From Trichoplax adhaerens (lineage: Eukaryota > Animalia > Placozoa): a stretch of DNA of 64,000 bases. Both the position numbers and the translations under genes were made by a program. This document shows, piece by piece, positions 26,315-38,997 of the stretch. Where the stretch lies: assembly GCF_000150275.1 (NCBI RefSeq), contig NW_002060946.1:553562-617561 (forward strand), given 5' to 3'. The first letter of the stretch is position 1, and each line of letters begins with the position of its first letter. Below the pieces are notes generated by a model that was given only the letters and a program-made list of their open reading frames with translations, had not been told where the DNA came from and ran no database searches.

Positions 26315-28903
26315 CTAGAATAAAATTTTATAAAAGTAAATTTAATACCCAAATTTTGCTCATTTTTGGATACGCTCTCTATCTTCCTGTTAATTTAGTT
26401 TAGGAGAGAGTTATTCCAATATCGTCGGAAAACTATAGCGTATGCAATCAATCTTAATTGGTTGGCTTTAATGCTGTCAAAAAAGATAGCGTATACTTTA
26501 GTTACGACAATACTTATGAACTACTAGTAGATAATTATTGTCCAGTTTGAAGAGAATCTGCACCAAGAAGTGTGCCAATCCATTCAGTACGAAATCATAT
26601 ACGATTATACATTTATTATAGCGACATACTCTGAGATGATATCCCTTTCTTCTTTGGCTGCACAGTGACCGGAAATCATGACCTGGATCATTAAAATGTT
26701 TTAATTCGGTGTATAGTTACCATAAAGGAATTATTTTCAGTTGGCCATAACTGCAAACTGATACCGTATCGTACTGTTGAAGTACGCTTTTTTTATATAC
26801 TTATTAATTATGCATACAGTACATAGGTCTAATAGAAATCTTAACGTATTTACACAGTACAATTTTAGTACCCAATTCAATGATGGCAAAAGAGATCTAT
26901 TCAATTTTCTTGTAAAGGTATATTACTGTACAAAAGGAATTGTTAAGGTTGTTTTACAATCAATAATGCTTTAGCTAGTAACAAGATATAGAGTGATACG
27001 AGTACGTATATCCCTTGAAAGCAACTTCTATGTTATTTGTCTCTACTCATATAGTACACTATAGAAAATTTGAAGCTAGATGATGTTAGGTATTCGAGAG
27101 AAATGATGTAACTATAACTCTACAGTATATCGCAGTTCTAGTAGGCAATATCCTAGCACTCTAACAGCGTATCAAAACATATGGTCAACTACAGTACACT
27201 ATAGACCAAGCTATCCGAAACTTTTGATATCACAGTAATTTAAAATAACAACAACGGAAAATTTTTAATGATAAATTACAATAAATGGACACTTTCCAAA
27301 ATGTTAAAATGCAATTTGTGTAGATGACCTTTATTTTCTATCATAATAGCAGAATATGATTACATATGTCGTTATCGAGATTTATAATTACTACAACAAA
27401 TTTTAAATTTATAAAGATACAAGAACATCGGGGCGATCAATAAGTATATAAGTTACGATATATAACTGCTAATTACATCATCCTTTGTAAAGTAGATACT
27501 CGCAGTAAGTGAAAACCATTATCATTGTAAATGCAGATAACACCGATTTTTAAGAAAACATAAGTCGCGTCAAGGCCAAAATAATTTTAAATTGAATGAT
27601 AAAGAATGTTAGTCTATTATATGATGATAAATTTTTATATTTAAATTTTTACCGTCTACTCAACAACGACATTTTTTTTCAGATACTAAAAAGAGATACT
27701 GTAGTAGTTGTTAATAATTCAGAATTTGATATTTACGCACACGTAACTCTGAAATTGTTACAGGATGATCTACGAGTGGGTTAGAATTTCAACGCACCAT
27801 CATTTCACAACGTTACAACAAAATGTTACAAGCTAATATTCAATGAGCCAAGATAGATGAATAAGTACGAATTATCAAGTCATAACTTTAAAAAATACTA
27901 ACCTCGACTTGACGGTAGAAAATTGTTTTAATCATTGAATACTATACACTCAAAGGCAGTTAAAATTCACGATGATCGTACAAATTCTCAAGTAGATCCC
28001 ACTATGCATACATAATGTGATAACAACACCAATATGATATAGGCCCGCTTGTTTTCAGCGAAAGCGCATATCTACATTGTTTATTATTAAAGTATCGTGT
28101 TAGTTTGTAATAGTCAAGTTTAACTGCAACTGATCGACAGCATGCCGATTCTGGCAATAGTCTAGCGGACGAAGTCAAGTCTTGTATTGACCGCTAATAA
28201 GGGCGATGTTCATTAATTATCAACTTAGCCATCTTAAACTGTATAGACATTGTTACGGTATGTAATCGTTGTGATTTTTAGATCCTCCGAGATACAAGTA
28301 CTATTAAAAATTGGATGCCTAACGTGTTACCTTGAGGGGTAACAAATTAAATACCAAATAAAATTATCAACGTGTAATTAAATCTCTTGCAAGTAGATTT
28401 CAATCAATAAGAGTGATAATTAAATCCACGTATGACAGCATCATACAAATTAGCAATTTTATAATTTTGATAAGAAATTAAAATTGTCCAATCCTGTGAG
28501 TTATAACTAAATAAAGAAGAAAACTGCATTACAGGCTAGTCATCGTTTCTAAGTGTAACACGATTGATGTGTAGAGTAGATTTGATTGAAATAATCAATT
28601 GAAATGGGGTAACGGCACCAGAACTAAAATTAACAGTTAAAGTCATGTCACATCTTGTAATGTACTAAAAAATAACAAAACTAATAACTTAAATTAACAT
28701 TAAACATCTTCAGTTTCCCTTTCATTTACTGATTAACGATAAGTGTGTTTTCAGTAACAAAAAATGTCCTATCATCACTCTTGTATTATTAATTTTTGTA
28801 GTTATTAATTTAACCTATATTAGTGCTCAGTAAGTCTTAACTTTAAGTTGAAATCTATTTCATTGAAATTCTAATCACACCTCATTTGATAGACTTGATT
28901 GAG

Positions 28904-30667
28904 TTATTCTTGACTGTCCAAGTGTATATCTTCATTGATTGAATTTTCTTCGATGGATTTTTCTTCGGCAGACGATTTTTCTTCTGCGGACGATTTATCT
29001 TCTGCGGACGATTTATCTTCGGCGGACGATTTATCTTCGGCTGGCAAGTTATCTTCGATTAACTCCTCTTCTTCAATTATAACGCTGGTAACATTGATAG
29101 CTTGCAAACTGATCAATTTAGCATATTTTTTCTTCGCTTTTTCACCGTAATGCTTCTCGCTAATGCTATAGGTTCCCATAGAGATGTTGACGGCCTCACG
29201 ATAGAATTTGATGGCGTGATTAACGTCCATCATGACACCATATCCATTCTCGTACATAATACCCAAATGGTATAACTGGCACACAGTTTTTACGTCATGA
29301 ATTTTGGATAAATAGAAGTAATTGGCTTGTGATTTAACAAAGTAGCGTCTCGCCTTTTCAGGATCATACAGATTAGCATATTGAGGATTGTTGTAAATTT
29401 TACCCAAGCGATAAGATGAATAAATAGCACCATCTAAAATTTCCGATTCTGATGCAGTCTGATATAATTGTAAAGCAACGCTGATATCGGCCATTGTGAC
29501 TTTACTTTTTTCGACTAGTTTTGCCAGGCGACAAAGCGACGGAGAAAATTTCATCTTTGCCGCACTAGCATAACAGTGACATGCCACGTTATAATCAACT
29601 TGTACTCCAAGGCCTTTTTCATACATGTAGCCCAAACAAAAAAGAGCCTTGGGTTTGCCATTACCGTCTTCATAATCGACTGATGATGCTGCTTGCTCTA
29701 AATACTGATTGGCCAAAGTAAAGTCTTGTTCGATCTCGCCTTTACCTAAAATGTACATCTTACCTAGACAATATAAGGTGGATGCAAAAGCATATCTTGC
29801 TGATGACAGATATAACTGATGTGCTCTTTCGATGGCCTCATCCTTACCCACTTCATCACTATCATAAAAATTACGGGCTAGAATCAGTTCGGCTCTTGGA
29901 TGTTGTTGTTTTGCTGCTTTCTCAAAGTATTCTTTTACCCGTTCACTATCTTTCTCGACACCAAAACCATGGTAATACATTAAGTAGCCAATATTCCAAT
30001 AACCGGCAGGGTTGCCTAATTTTGCAGCTTTCTCAAAGTAGCTTTTGGCATCTTGAGATACAGTCGATTCACCTTTGATATTCAATCTAAGCATAACATA
30101 ACCTAATTCGTTGTAGACTTTAGCCAATTCTAAATCTTCTTCGTCGTGATTTTTTTTACTTGCTTGAGCCACTTGCTTAAGATAGCGATTTTTCAATTTA
30201 ATTAATTCCTCTTGCCATGCCTGAGATGCTTTAAACGTTTCTCGTAAGTCAATGTGTGCCTTGGAATAAAATGCATCTTGAGCAGCCGATGCTACATATG
30301 CCTTGACTTTCATGGCTACCAAATCCTTTTCTTTGAGGAATTTGACATGGGATGAATTTTTCTCTTCACTACCGTACAATTGGCATACATAATACATAGC
30401 AGTTGGATGATCAGCCTCTGCAGCTAACTGATAATATTGAAAAGCTTTTTCTAAGTCGACCTGTGTATTGCCAGTACCGTGATGATAGATGTATCCCAAT
30501 TGAAAATTAGAATGCGGGTCATTACTTTCTTGCGATTGTTGTAAACAACGATGCATGGTGTTGCTAACCATTCGCTGTTGCAATTGCGGCATTACAAATT
30601 GATCTAAAATACTAAAATCATCGATGAACGGTTCCTTAACATCGTACTTGCTGGTATAACCCCCCAT
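28904..30667 (-). CDS. Sel1-like repeat protein, paralog 2, intronless CDS, myristoylation motif, acidic repeat tail
   Basis: 587 aa; SLR motifs collinear with paralogs 1 and 3; starts MGGYTSK. Confidence 0.93.
   Translation of the reverse strand: MGGYTSKYDVKEPFIDDFSILDQFVMPQLQQRMVSNTMHRCLQQSQESNDPHSNFQLGYIYHHGTGNTQVDLEKAFQYYQLAAEADHPTAMYYVCQLYGSEEKNSSHVKFLKEKDLVAMKVKAYVASAAQDAFYSKAHIDLRETFKASQAWQEELIKLKNRYLKQVAQASKKNHDEEDLELAKVYNELGYVMLRLNIKGESTVSQDAKSYFEKAAKLGNPAGYWNIGYLMYYHGFGVEKDSERVKEYFEKAAKQQHPRAELILARNFYDSDEVGKDEAIERAHQLYLSSARYAFASTLYCLGKMYILGKGEIEQDFTLANQYLEQAASSVDYEDGNGKPKALFCLGYMYEKGLGVQVDYNVACHCYASAAKMKFSPSLCRLAKLVEKSKVTMADISVALQLYQTASESEILDGAIYSSYRLGKIYNNPQYANLYDPEKARRYFVKSQANYFYLSKIHDVKTVCQLYHLGIMYENGYGVMMDVNHAIKFYREAVNISMGTYSISEKHYGEKAKKKYAKLISLQAINVTSVIIEEEELIEDNLPAEDKSSAEDKSSAEDKSSAEEKSSAEEKSIEENSINEDIHLDSQE
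28950..29042 (-). repeat. 18-bp coding tandem repeat (AEDKSS)n, about 5 copies
   Basis: tcttcggcggacgattta-type unit; protein PAEDKSSAEDKSSAEDKSSAEEKSSAEEKS. Confidence 0.9.
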
Positions 30668-31104
30668 TGCTTAAGATTTCCAAGGAGAGAGAGAGAGAAA
30701 AAAAAAATCAACGTATCAAAATTAGATTATTCTACGGCTGTCAAGCAGTCGAAAGAGTTGATAGTAATAAGATATTCATTTTTTATCACGTTATAATTAC
30801 ATTGATTATGATGATCGCTTACCGTCTCAATTACGCTAAACCTTTACGATCAAAAAAAAAGAAGTGGCTTTGTTTTCTCTCAAGATTGAAAGAAAAGGTT
30901 GAAGATCGTTGTTATTCTGCCAATAAATAGATATTGATGTATTATGCGTATGGCACAGACTCATTTTGTAGCATCATAGTACAGTTCAAATATACCCAAA
31001 ATGATGTTGGAAATTGTTATTTTGAAAAACTGAGAAAGGGTAAACAGTCCATAACAAAATTACTCGTTCTAGCTAGAGGACTGTTGAAGCGCTAATTCGC
31101 TCCC

Positions 31105-31750
31105 TGTACAGTACAGTACAAGATTTGTCTTGTACGCCTCAAAACGAGTAAATGTTGCATGCCATACAAGCATTTCAATACATAATTTACCTACTCACCT
31201 TTCAATAACGTTGCAATGAGGCAGAATTACAATTTCAGCAACGTTTAAGTTAGGCTTATTGACTGTACGCGTTAAGATAATCTAAACTAACTAATAACGA
31301 TGACAATCGACGCCCAAATCCAACGATTGTAGTCGATTTTGCCAAGTTGCAATTGATTTTATATACAGTAGGGGAAAGCGCTGGATGGGCAACGACACGC
31401 TGGATGCTAACTTACTTTTATACTTTACTCTAGTACGACGACTCATTCACAAGACTGTCCAGAACTACCCAATCAGCCAGCATTGGATGAGATTTTCACT
31501 GGTTGGAGACTTGCTGCAAGGCTTTACTAATCATACTACTAAAGTATTCCATGCTAGTGTATTGTTTAGGCACACTGGTTTAAAGGGGGGGGGGTAGCTT
31601 TCCTTATTGTTCTCACCACACTCGTTGTTGTCGCATGGGACTACAGTAGTACAGTACAGTACAGTACAGTACAGTACCGTAGATCTTGTACAGTGTACAG
31701 TACAGTACAGTACTGTAGATGTCCTAGTCGAAGTACTGTACACTGTACAG
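31105..31750. repeat. (TACAG/TACTG)n clusters upstream of SLR paralog 2
   Basis: 31106-31120 and 31642-31750 runs such as tacagtacagtacagtacagtacagtaccgta. Confidence 0.85.
31366..31609. mobile_element. Possible degenerate MITE with CAGTAGGGGAAAGC terminal inverted repeat
   Basis: TA|CAGTAGGGGAAAGC at left; GCTTTCCTTATTG at right, an imperfect reverse complement. Confidence 0.3.
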
Positions 31751-34700
31751 TCTGAGAATTATTTTCCATGACACCACTTCGTTCAAAAATCAACATTGTA
31801 TTCCGTTAAAATTCTTGTAGGATAATATTGATATACACCCATGGAAGGATATCTCCACAACATCCAATTGATCTAGTTTGGGCTTGATTGAACGTCTACA
31901 ATTCTCGATCTTTTCAGCGGTGGCATCCAAATCAAACTGTACAGTACTAGACCGTTGACCATGGTACGCGCTACACTTTCAGTACAGGACTCACTTCTAC
32001 GATCCCTACTGTACGTCAAGTTTGACTGTACTGCATACTGAGGGATACGAGTTCATACTTTCTGTACTATTGCCGATTTTGCACATCTTTCTCTATTATA
32101 GATTGCCAGATTGACAAGTTAAAAGCGGTCTGAGCAATTTTTTTTTTTTAGCCACTTTGTCATTGTTTATCTTTATAATAAACAATATATTGTATTATTA
32201 TTACTGTATTTAGAAGGGGAGTTTATTTGTACAGTCCTTGTACTACAGTAGGAGACTTCTAAATGGGTTGAAGACCAGACCGGGCCAAAGATCGATACAT
32301 CTGCTCCATGTGCGGTCACGATAATCCACCACTGTCATACAGTGAAAAGGATTTTGACAGAACGAGCCGCAATATGGCCCTTTCTACTCTACCTTACTAT
32401 AAAAAGTCACTCTAATTATTGATTCATTTTATTTTATGGTAATCAGCAACTCACAAGACAAAATCCCGGTCTACGTGCAGTCGTGGACAGTAAAAATAAA
32501 TAACATGCAGTAATCCGCTTGTTACTGGTTATTACGGCACTACGTTTCCGAAATTATAGAGTTAAAGAACATATTGTTGCTCACACTGTTGCAGTGGTAC
32601 AGTATACTGATTGTCAGCCTTTTAGAAGGGTAGTTTTTAGGCGTTATAGTAGCAGTACTACATTCTTACTCGATCTTTCGACAGGTTAACGTAGTAATTT
32701 GTACATGCAACTCAAAGTAAGTACTTTACGACGTAAAATTGTCAGCAAGTAGTCCGTAACACCACTGATTAACAGGGGTAGAGAGGTTTCGGCCAAGTAA
32801 ACGAAAAATTCATGTTTCAAGTCAAGTGATAAGCCGACTTTGCTTAAATTGAATCTTTTTAATCAGATTTTAATGTACTGTACAGCAGAATCAATGGACA
32901 GTATCAGTAGTATGGAAAGTTAAAACTTTGAAGTACTGCTCAAACTGGATAGTATCCTATCAGAGATTGCTAGAAGTCCATGACATTGCAGTATTGTTAA
33001 TTGTGAATACGTACGCGTAGACGGTATACAATATGCGCCAGACAGTTTTGGTCTTTTAACATTTTAAAAGTTATTACACGTGTATAGAGTGCAGTACAGT
33101 GATCCAAGCGCCATGAAAAAGAAAAATATAAAAGGAAAATCAACGATCCCATAAATTTGCCAAATTTTCTCAAAGGAGAAAAATATACTTTGATTCTCTA
33201 ACAAATATCATACCGTGCGGGTGCATACTGTATATATCGCAGTAAAGTACGAAAGCAAATACAGTAATAATAACAATTTATATACAGTAATATAAATACA
33301 GTACACCCCCTATTTTACTGACGTAAACAGATCGCTCAAATCCTTAATAAGCAACTTAGCAGGTTTCGTAAACTGCCAACTACAAACGCCAAAAATCCTT
33401 CTTGAACTTTCAATGATACACAAAAGTGTTTTTACGATCTTTGAACAAGTTACATACTGCACTGTATGAAAGTGACGGCGATTACTTTACATCATAAGCG
33501 ATTAATGCCGCCCCCCCCTCCGCAAAAAAAAAATGAATAAAAACACTGCAGTTCTGTATTTAGCAGGACTAAATGAACACCTATGCCTCAATCAATCAAC
33601 TCAAAAGTTGGAGACTCATGTTGATGCTTTCGAGCTCTACAACGATTAAAAGCCATTTGGAAACACTGTAGTTATATGGAATTACTAGGAAGGACTATTA
33701 ATCGCTATGTATTGATAACATTTAGTTTAAACGACAATATACGTATTTAATGAAATCGTCTGCAAGCCAGTGTACTTATTCTCCTATTATACAATAGTTA
33801 CTATAGCACTGTAAAATTTGCAGGTCGATTAGTTGTTAAGATAACTTAGAAATACATCAAATACGAAGAGAACTACACTATGACCCTGGATTTCATTGTC
33901 AACTCAAAAATTATATAGTGTAAAGAAATAAATATATACATACAGTAAATATCACCATGGTTCATAAAGTGAGGTGACAGTCTATGAGACCTGATGTAGT
34001 ACTCAACAGTAAGATAGGAAGACCTTCAAATTTAAGTGCTTAGTCAATTAGACATGGTAGCAAATTATTAAGCTTTCAGAAATTATCCTTTATGAACATT
34101 GAAGCATACCTAGCATGCGCTATGCATTAGTGATGATGATATGCATTTACTTCAATAAATCTGTTACTATAGCAGTCAAAGTTTGTATTCGCGTTTGGTA
34201 CAGTTAGCATACCACAATAGTGTTAGTCTCAATTAAAGTTTCAAATTCAAGGTAAGCTTTAGTAGAAATCATTACTTAATGGCGTAGTAAATTTTTTTTG
34301 ATTTACTAAAACGATTGATTGCTTCCCTCATAAAGGGCTAAATGTAACAGCTATATAGCAAACCCTTGCTACTCAACCGTTACATCCTATACATAGAGTA
34401 AAAAATGGCGGGGCTGTCAATAAAGTAGATTGTATACTCGTAAGTAACCTTTAAATTCCTTTATCTCACACTTCTTTTATAGACCTTGAAGAAATTGAAG
34501 GGTTAACTTGACACAACTATGTCAGTGCCTACACCACTTCCATTGAAAGACAATACTGTACTGTAGCAACCGGGTTAGTATAGATCAGCAATGCATTACA
34601 AAGATAGACCTCGTTTGGCAATAAACAAGTTGGAAAGTCATTAAATGAAATTTTATACGAAATCTTAGATAAACAAAAACAACATTCCATACATATAAGA

Positions 34701-36397
34701 CAATGTAATATATATTCCATAGAATCTATTATAGATCAATCGATTATCAAGTATAATATACGTATATGCATATATGGGATATATATTTATATGCATATAC
34801 TGTACTTCGCATATATAAAAAAGATAGATAAGGCATAAATACAATCAATACATATCGAGGACACAATACCGTATACCAGAACGTAGAATATGTATTAGCA
34901 CTGAAACATATACAGCATAATGATAGATAGCTAATCAACGGAATTTTAATACGAATTTTATGAATGACTCCACAATATATCATACTGGTCGATATATTGA
35001 GAAACTAAAAATGTAGCTGTAGGAGTACCTGATCAATAAGCTAAAATGTAGAGGCTATAGCAGCCAAAATAAAACCATGCTACAGACTATAAGAATTACA
35101 TACAGTTTACCTTTATAAAGTAAAATTAAAGTAATAATATGCATAGATTATAAAGAATGCATTTATCCCCTCGCAGTCTTTAGACTGTAATTATAAGCCA
35201 TATAAACCCAAATAAATCAGTCGTCTACTACTACTACTACTAAGCAATATACTACCAACATCAGAATACAAGTACTATCCCAATTTGCAACAGTGATCCA
35301 ATCAGAATAATATGTTCATTAGACAGAAAATATATTTATCCAAAATGAATATAGTTCGAAAGGATTATTAATTTTCATCATTGCAACGAAAAATTTTTCT
35401 CTTATATATGAATATATATGACAACGAAGTATATACGCTGAAGTGCTATCTTATATAGGATGGGTGATAATGAACTAAAGCTAGCAATAATGCGATAAGA
35501 TAGTAGAACGAAGATCACCCTGATCCGACATTGCTATCGTAGCAGCTCCAATCTTTATAAATACCGACAGGAATAGCAGTAGTAATTTGACTATCAAAGC
35601 ATATGCGCATAATACAGTATTGAGAAACAGGCAGCTCGCTTATTTGCACTTCTATAGTACTGTAAGTCATTCGAGTATAAACGAGTGCTATAGCTAAAAA
35701 TAGCTAAATACGGGGAAGATAATGATGCCGTTAATAAATTCCTGATCTAAAATTTCACAGCTTAGTAGTGTAAACATTACCTATAGAATTATAACCATCA
35801 ATTTCACCTTGTATGGTATCAATGAACGATAATGAGATTAGCTAGCGGTAACCACATAATTGCAACGTCTTGTATCTGCCGTGTAGTGCACCGCAAGGAA
35901 CAGAAGCAGTTTCGAGACGTTATGAGACAAAACGTAAATAATTTCATTAATCGTACACATGATCACAGTACAGTCAATAAAACGCAGATATTAATTATTC
36001 CAAGATGATTTAAAAAATGGGTTAAGGTGTTTTAATTGTAGATGCATATCAAGTCGACATTTACGCTATAAAATAGTCGCATGCTAAAGCAAAGACTACT
36101 ATAATAGGATTTTAGTAGTCTTGGCTGAAGGCACCGGTAACAATTTAAAATGCGACTGTACCGTACTGTATAAACGATAATGATGAATATAATTAAAAAA
36201 AAGTGCCCAAAATTAGCCTTGGCATGATTATTTATTAATCCAATCTCAAGACTAGCATAACTCGTAATTAAAATAAGAACTATCTCAGTTGCTTTACCTA
36301 CTTTTCGCTATTTGTTACATCTTGTTGTATGTTTTGTAGTGTTTAGGAGTACCTTTAGCATGATGAATAATGTCCCTTGTCAACATGACGCAAGCTG

Positions 36398-38071
36398 TTA
36401 CTGTTGCTCATCATCCGATGAATTGGTAATTTCTGCTTGTTCCAAATTTTCCTTGATATGGTGTTCTATATTTTCTTCTTCATTCGCTTCCTCAGCATCG
36501 GCTGTCCCTCGAAATGCTAATCTATCAAAACATTTCTGTGCCTTACCGCCATTATACCTCTCAAACATATTGTAACTCTGTTTCGATAATTCAGCGGCTT
36601 TTTGGTAGTACTTTATTGCCAATTCTCTATTTGGAGAAACACCTAATCCCTTTTCGTACATTACCCCACTTCGATACAATTGACCAACTACCGCCGTATC
36701 TTGAATTTTGACAGCATATAACTGATTGGCTTGAGCGGCGCGAAGATAGCTGGTCGCTTTAGCTCGATCGTAAAAGCCACTGTCTGGGATACCATAAATT
36801 TTACCAAGTCGATAAAGAGCATAACAAACAGCAAAATCATCATCAGAATCTACAGCTGCTTGATATAACTCGACGGCAGTATAAAGGTCGGAAGTTTTCA
36901 ACTTTCTCTTTTCTACTAATTTGGCAAGCCTGCAATAAGCTACATAGTATTCCTTTTTAGCCGATAAAGCGTAGTGATGCGCTGCTTTATTGTAGTCACA
37001 CTCGACACCATGGCCTTTCTCGTACATATAGCCTAGAACGTAGTTGGACCATGCGTTTCCTCTGCCGGTAGTAAAATCAGTAGCAACAGCAGCTCGTTCA
37101 AAATAATCACGAGCTTTCTCATAATCTTGCTTGACACCTCCCCTTCCATACAAGAAAAATTCTCCTATGAAATACAAAATCTCAGCAAAGCCATACTGTG
37201 AAGCTGAGAGGAACAAGTCGAGAGCATTTTCCAATTCATCGTTACGACTTTCAAGATAGGAAAAGTGATAATTATTGGCGACGATATACAATGCTCGAGG
37301 ATGGCCATCATCAGCAGCTTTCTTGTAATATTCCAATTTTTTGGATTCATCTTTATCGACACCGAAACCATTGTAATAGAGCCATCCACCGATATTGAAG
37401 TAACCAGCTGGATTGCCAAGTTCAGCAGCACGCTTGAAAAAATCAAAGGCTTTTCTAAATACTGCTTGATCCTCATTAGCGTTCAAGCGTACGGCTAAGT
37501 AGCCTAATTCGTTATAAATACGAGCTAATTCTTCTTTGGATGATTGATTGGAATTTTTGACGATATTCCGATAACTACTGAATATCTCCTTAATTTCACG
37601 CCTCCAAACGGGAGAATAAACGTAGTGATAACCTAATTCTTCGTGAGCCATGGAATAATAGGGATCTTGGGCTGCAGATCGAATATAATAACGTGCCTTC
37701 ATGTTAATTAACTTCTTTTCGTTCATGAGCTTGACACAATCCTGGCTATTTTTACGTTTATCACTACCGAACAATTTACAAATCATATACATGGCTGTAG
37801 GATGTTCTTGTTCAATTGCTTTCTCGTAATATTGATACGCCTTTTCTAAATCTTTGTTGCATTTGTAGCCTAAGCCGTGATGGTAAAAATTACCCAGTTG
37901 GTAATTGGCGTGGGCATCGTTGTTTTCTTCCGCTTGTTGCATGTAGTCCAGGGTTGCATTATCATACATTTCGAATAATAATTGATTGGATACAAATTGA
38001 TCCAGCAAGTAGGAAGTATCATGAGATGAGTCGTTTACTTTATATCGGCCTTTGGAAGAGGTAGCGCCCAT
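36398..38071 (-). CDS. Sel1-like repeat protein, paralog 3, intronless CDS, myristoylation motif
   Basis: ATG at 38071 (MGATSSK) aligns with the starts of the paralogs; the ORF-track start at 38098 is GTG. Confidence 0.93.
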   Translation of the reverse strand: MGATSSKGRYKVNDSSHDTSYLLDQFVSNQLLFEMYDNATLDYMQQAEENNDAHANYQLGNFYHHGLGYKCNKDLEKAYQYYEKAIEQEHPTAMYMICKLFGSDKRKNSQDCVKLMNEKKLINMKARYYIRSAAQDPYYSMAHEELGYHYVYSPVWRREIKEIFSSYRNIVKNSNQSSKEELARIYNELGYLAVRLNANEDQAVFRKAFDFFKRAAELGNPAGYFNIGGWLYYNGFGVDKDESKKLEYYKKAADDGHPRALYIVANNYHFSYLESRNDELENALDLFLSASQYGFAEILYFIGEFFLYGRGGVKQDYEKARDYFERAAVATDFTTGRGNAWSNYVLGYMYEKGHGVECDYNKAAHHYALSAKKEYYVAYCRLAKLVEKRKLKTSDLYTAVELYQAAVDSDDDFAVCYALYRLGKIYGIPDSGFYDRAKATSYLRAAQANQLYAVKIQDTAVVGQLYRSGVMYEKGLGVSPNRELAIKYYQKAAELSKQSYNMFERYNGGKAQKCFDRLAFRGTADAEEANEEENIEHHIKENLEQAEITNSSDDEQQ

Positions 38072-38997
38072 TTTGACTTTTTCTCTCTCTTGGTCCACTT
38101 GATTGTTTCTTGATAGTACCCCCTAGTACCTCAGTAGAATAAAAACTACTACGATAGAGTAATCGATGCAAGTATTAACTACGATAGTAGCGAGGCGAAC
38201 TTTAAATAGCCTTTTCTATCTCCTATCAAGTAAGTGTAGTCCACGGTGGTACGCGTAAAACGATGGCTTGTAACGATCAGGGACTACTCCAGAATCGACA
38301 AAAGACAGCACAGGGAGTAAAACTCGATCTACTGTCTATTAGACTGTACAGTATAATTAATAAATTTCTTCTTGGCTTTATCTACTGTACTGTACGTGTA
38401 ATAGTAACGCTATCTAGTATTGCTCTGCTAGATAATGAGAATAGTACTAGATAATGAGAATAGAGCGATAGGCGAGAACGCTGTGTGTATGAATAAGTCA
38501 GTCCAATGATGTAATCTGTATCTGACTAGGCCACCCCCCTCCCCATACAATACATACTGATCGATGAATAACATGAAGCATTGGACACCAGTGATAAGAG
38601 AGTACTGTACACTGTACACTGTACTGTACACTCTTTTTTATCCCGCAATGAATGCTGTGGCAAATGCATGCCTATTCTATTGTTCTATTCCTAGCAATGC
38701 ACCAGTAGCAACCCTTGGATTGATATTCAAACAGGAGTAGGACCACATCATCCACTCAATCAGTCCACATGAATTACCAATACAATTCTTATATGATTAT
38801 TCTTATAAATTGATTTATTTTATTTGTTATTCATTATTCATTATAATAATTAATCATTATTATCCACGACAGTAACAAATATCACGAACTTTTTTTTTGT
38901 CCAGTCCCCATGCAGTCAATCAACATGGACGCCCATCGTAGTGGGTACAGCGTTTAGGCTAGGTTTTACGCGTTCAGTACGATCGGGCAAATGAAAG

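Noticed and set aside
32263-32415. Possible selenoprotein or zinc-ribbon ORF MG*RPDRAKDRYICSMCGHDNP
   Set aside because: Short, no SECIS recognised, no homology evident
19765-38064. Plus-strand and alternate-frame ORFs overlapping the SLR genes
   Set aside because: Antisense or shadow frames of real coding sequence
38072-38098. N-terminal extension MDQEREKVK of SLR paralog 3
   Set aside because: It starts at GTG; the ATG at 38071 aligns with the paralogs and exposes Gly2
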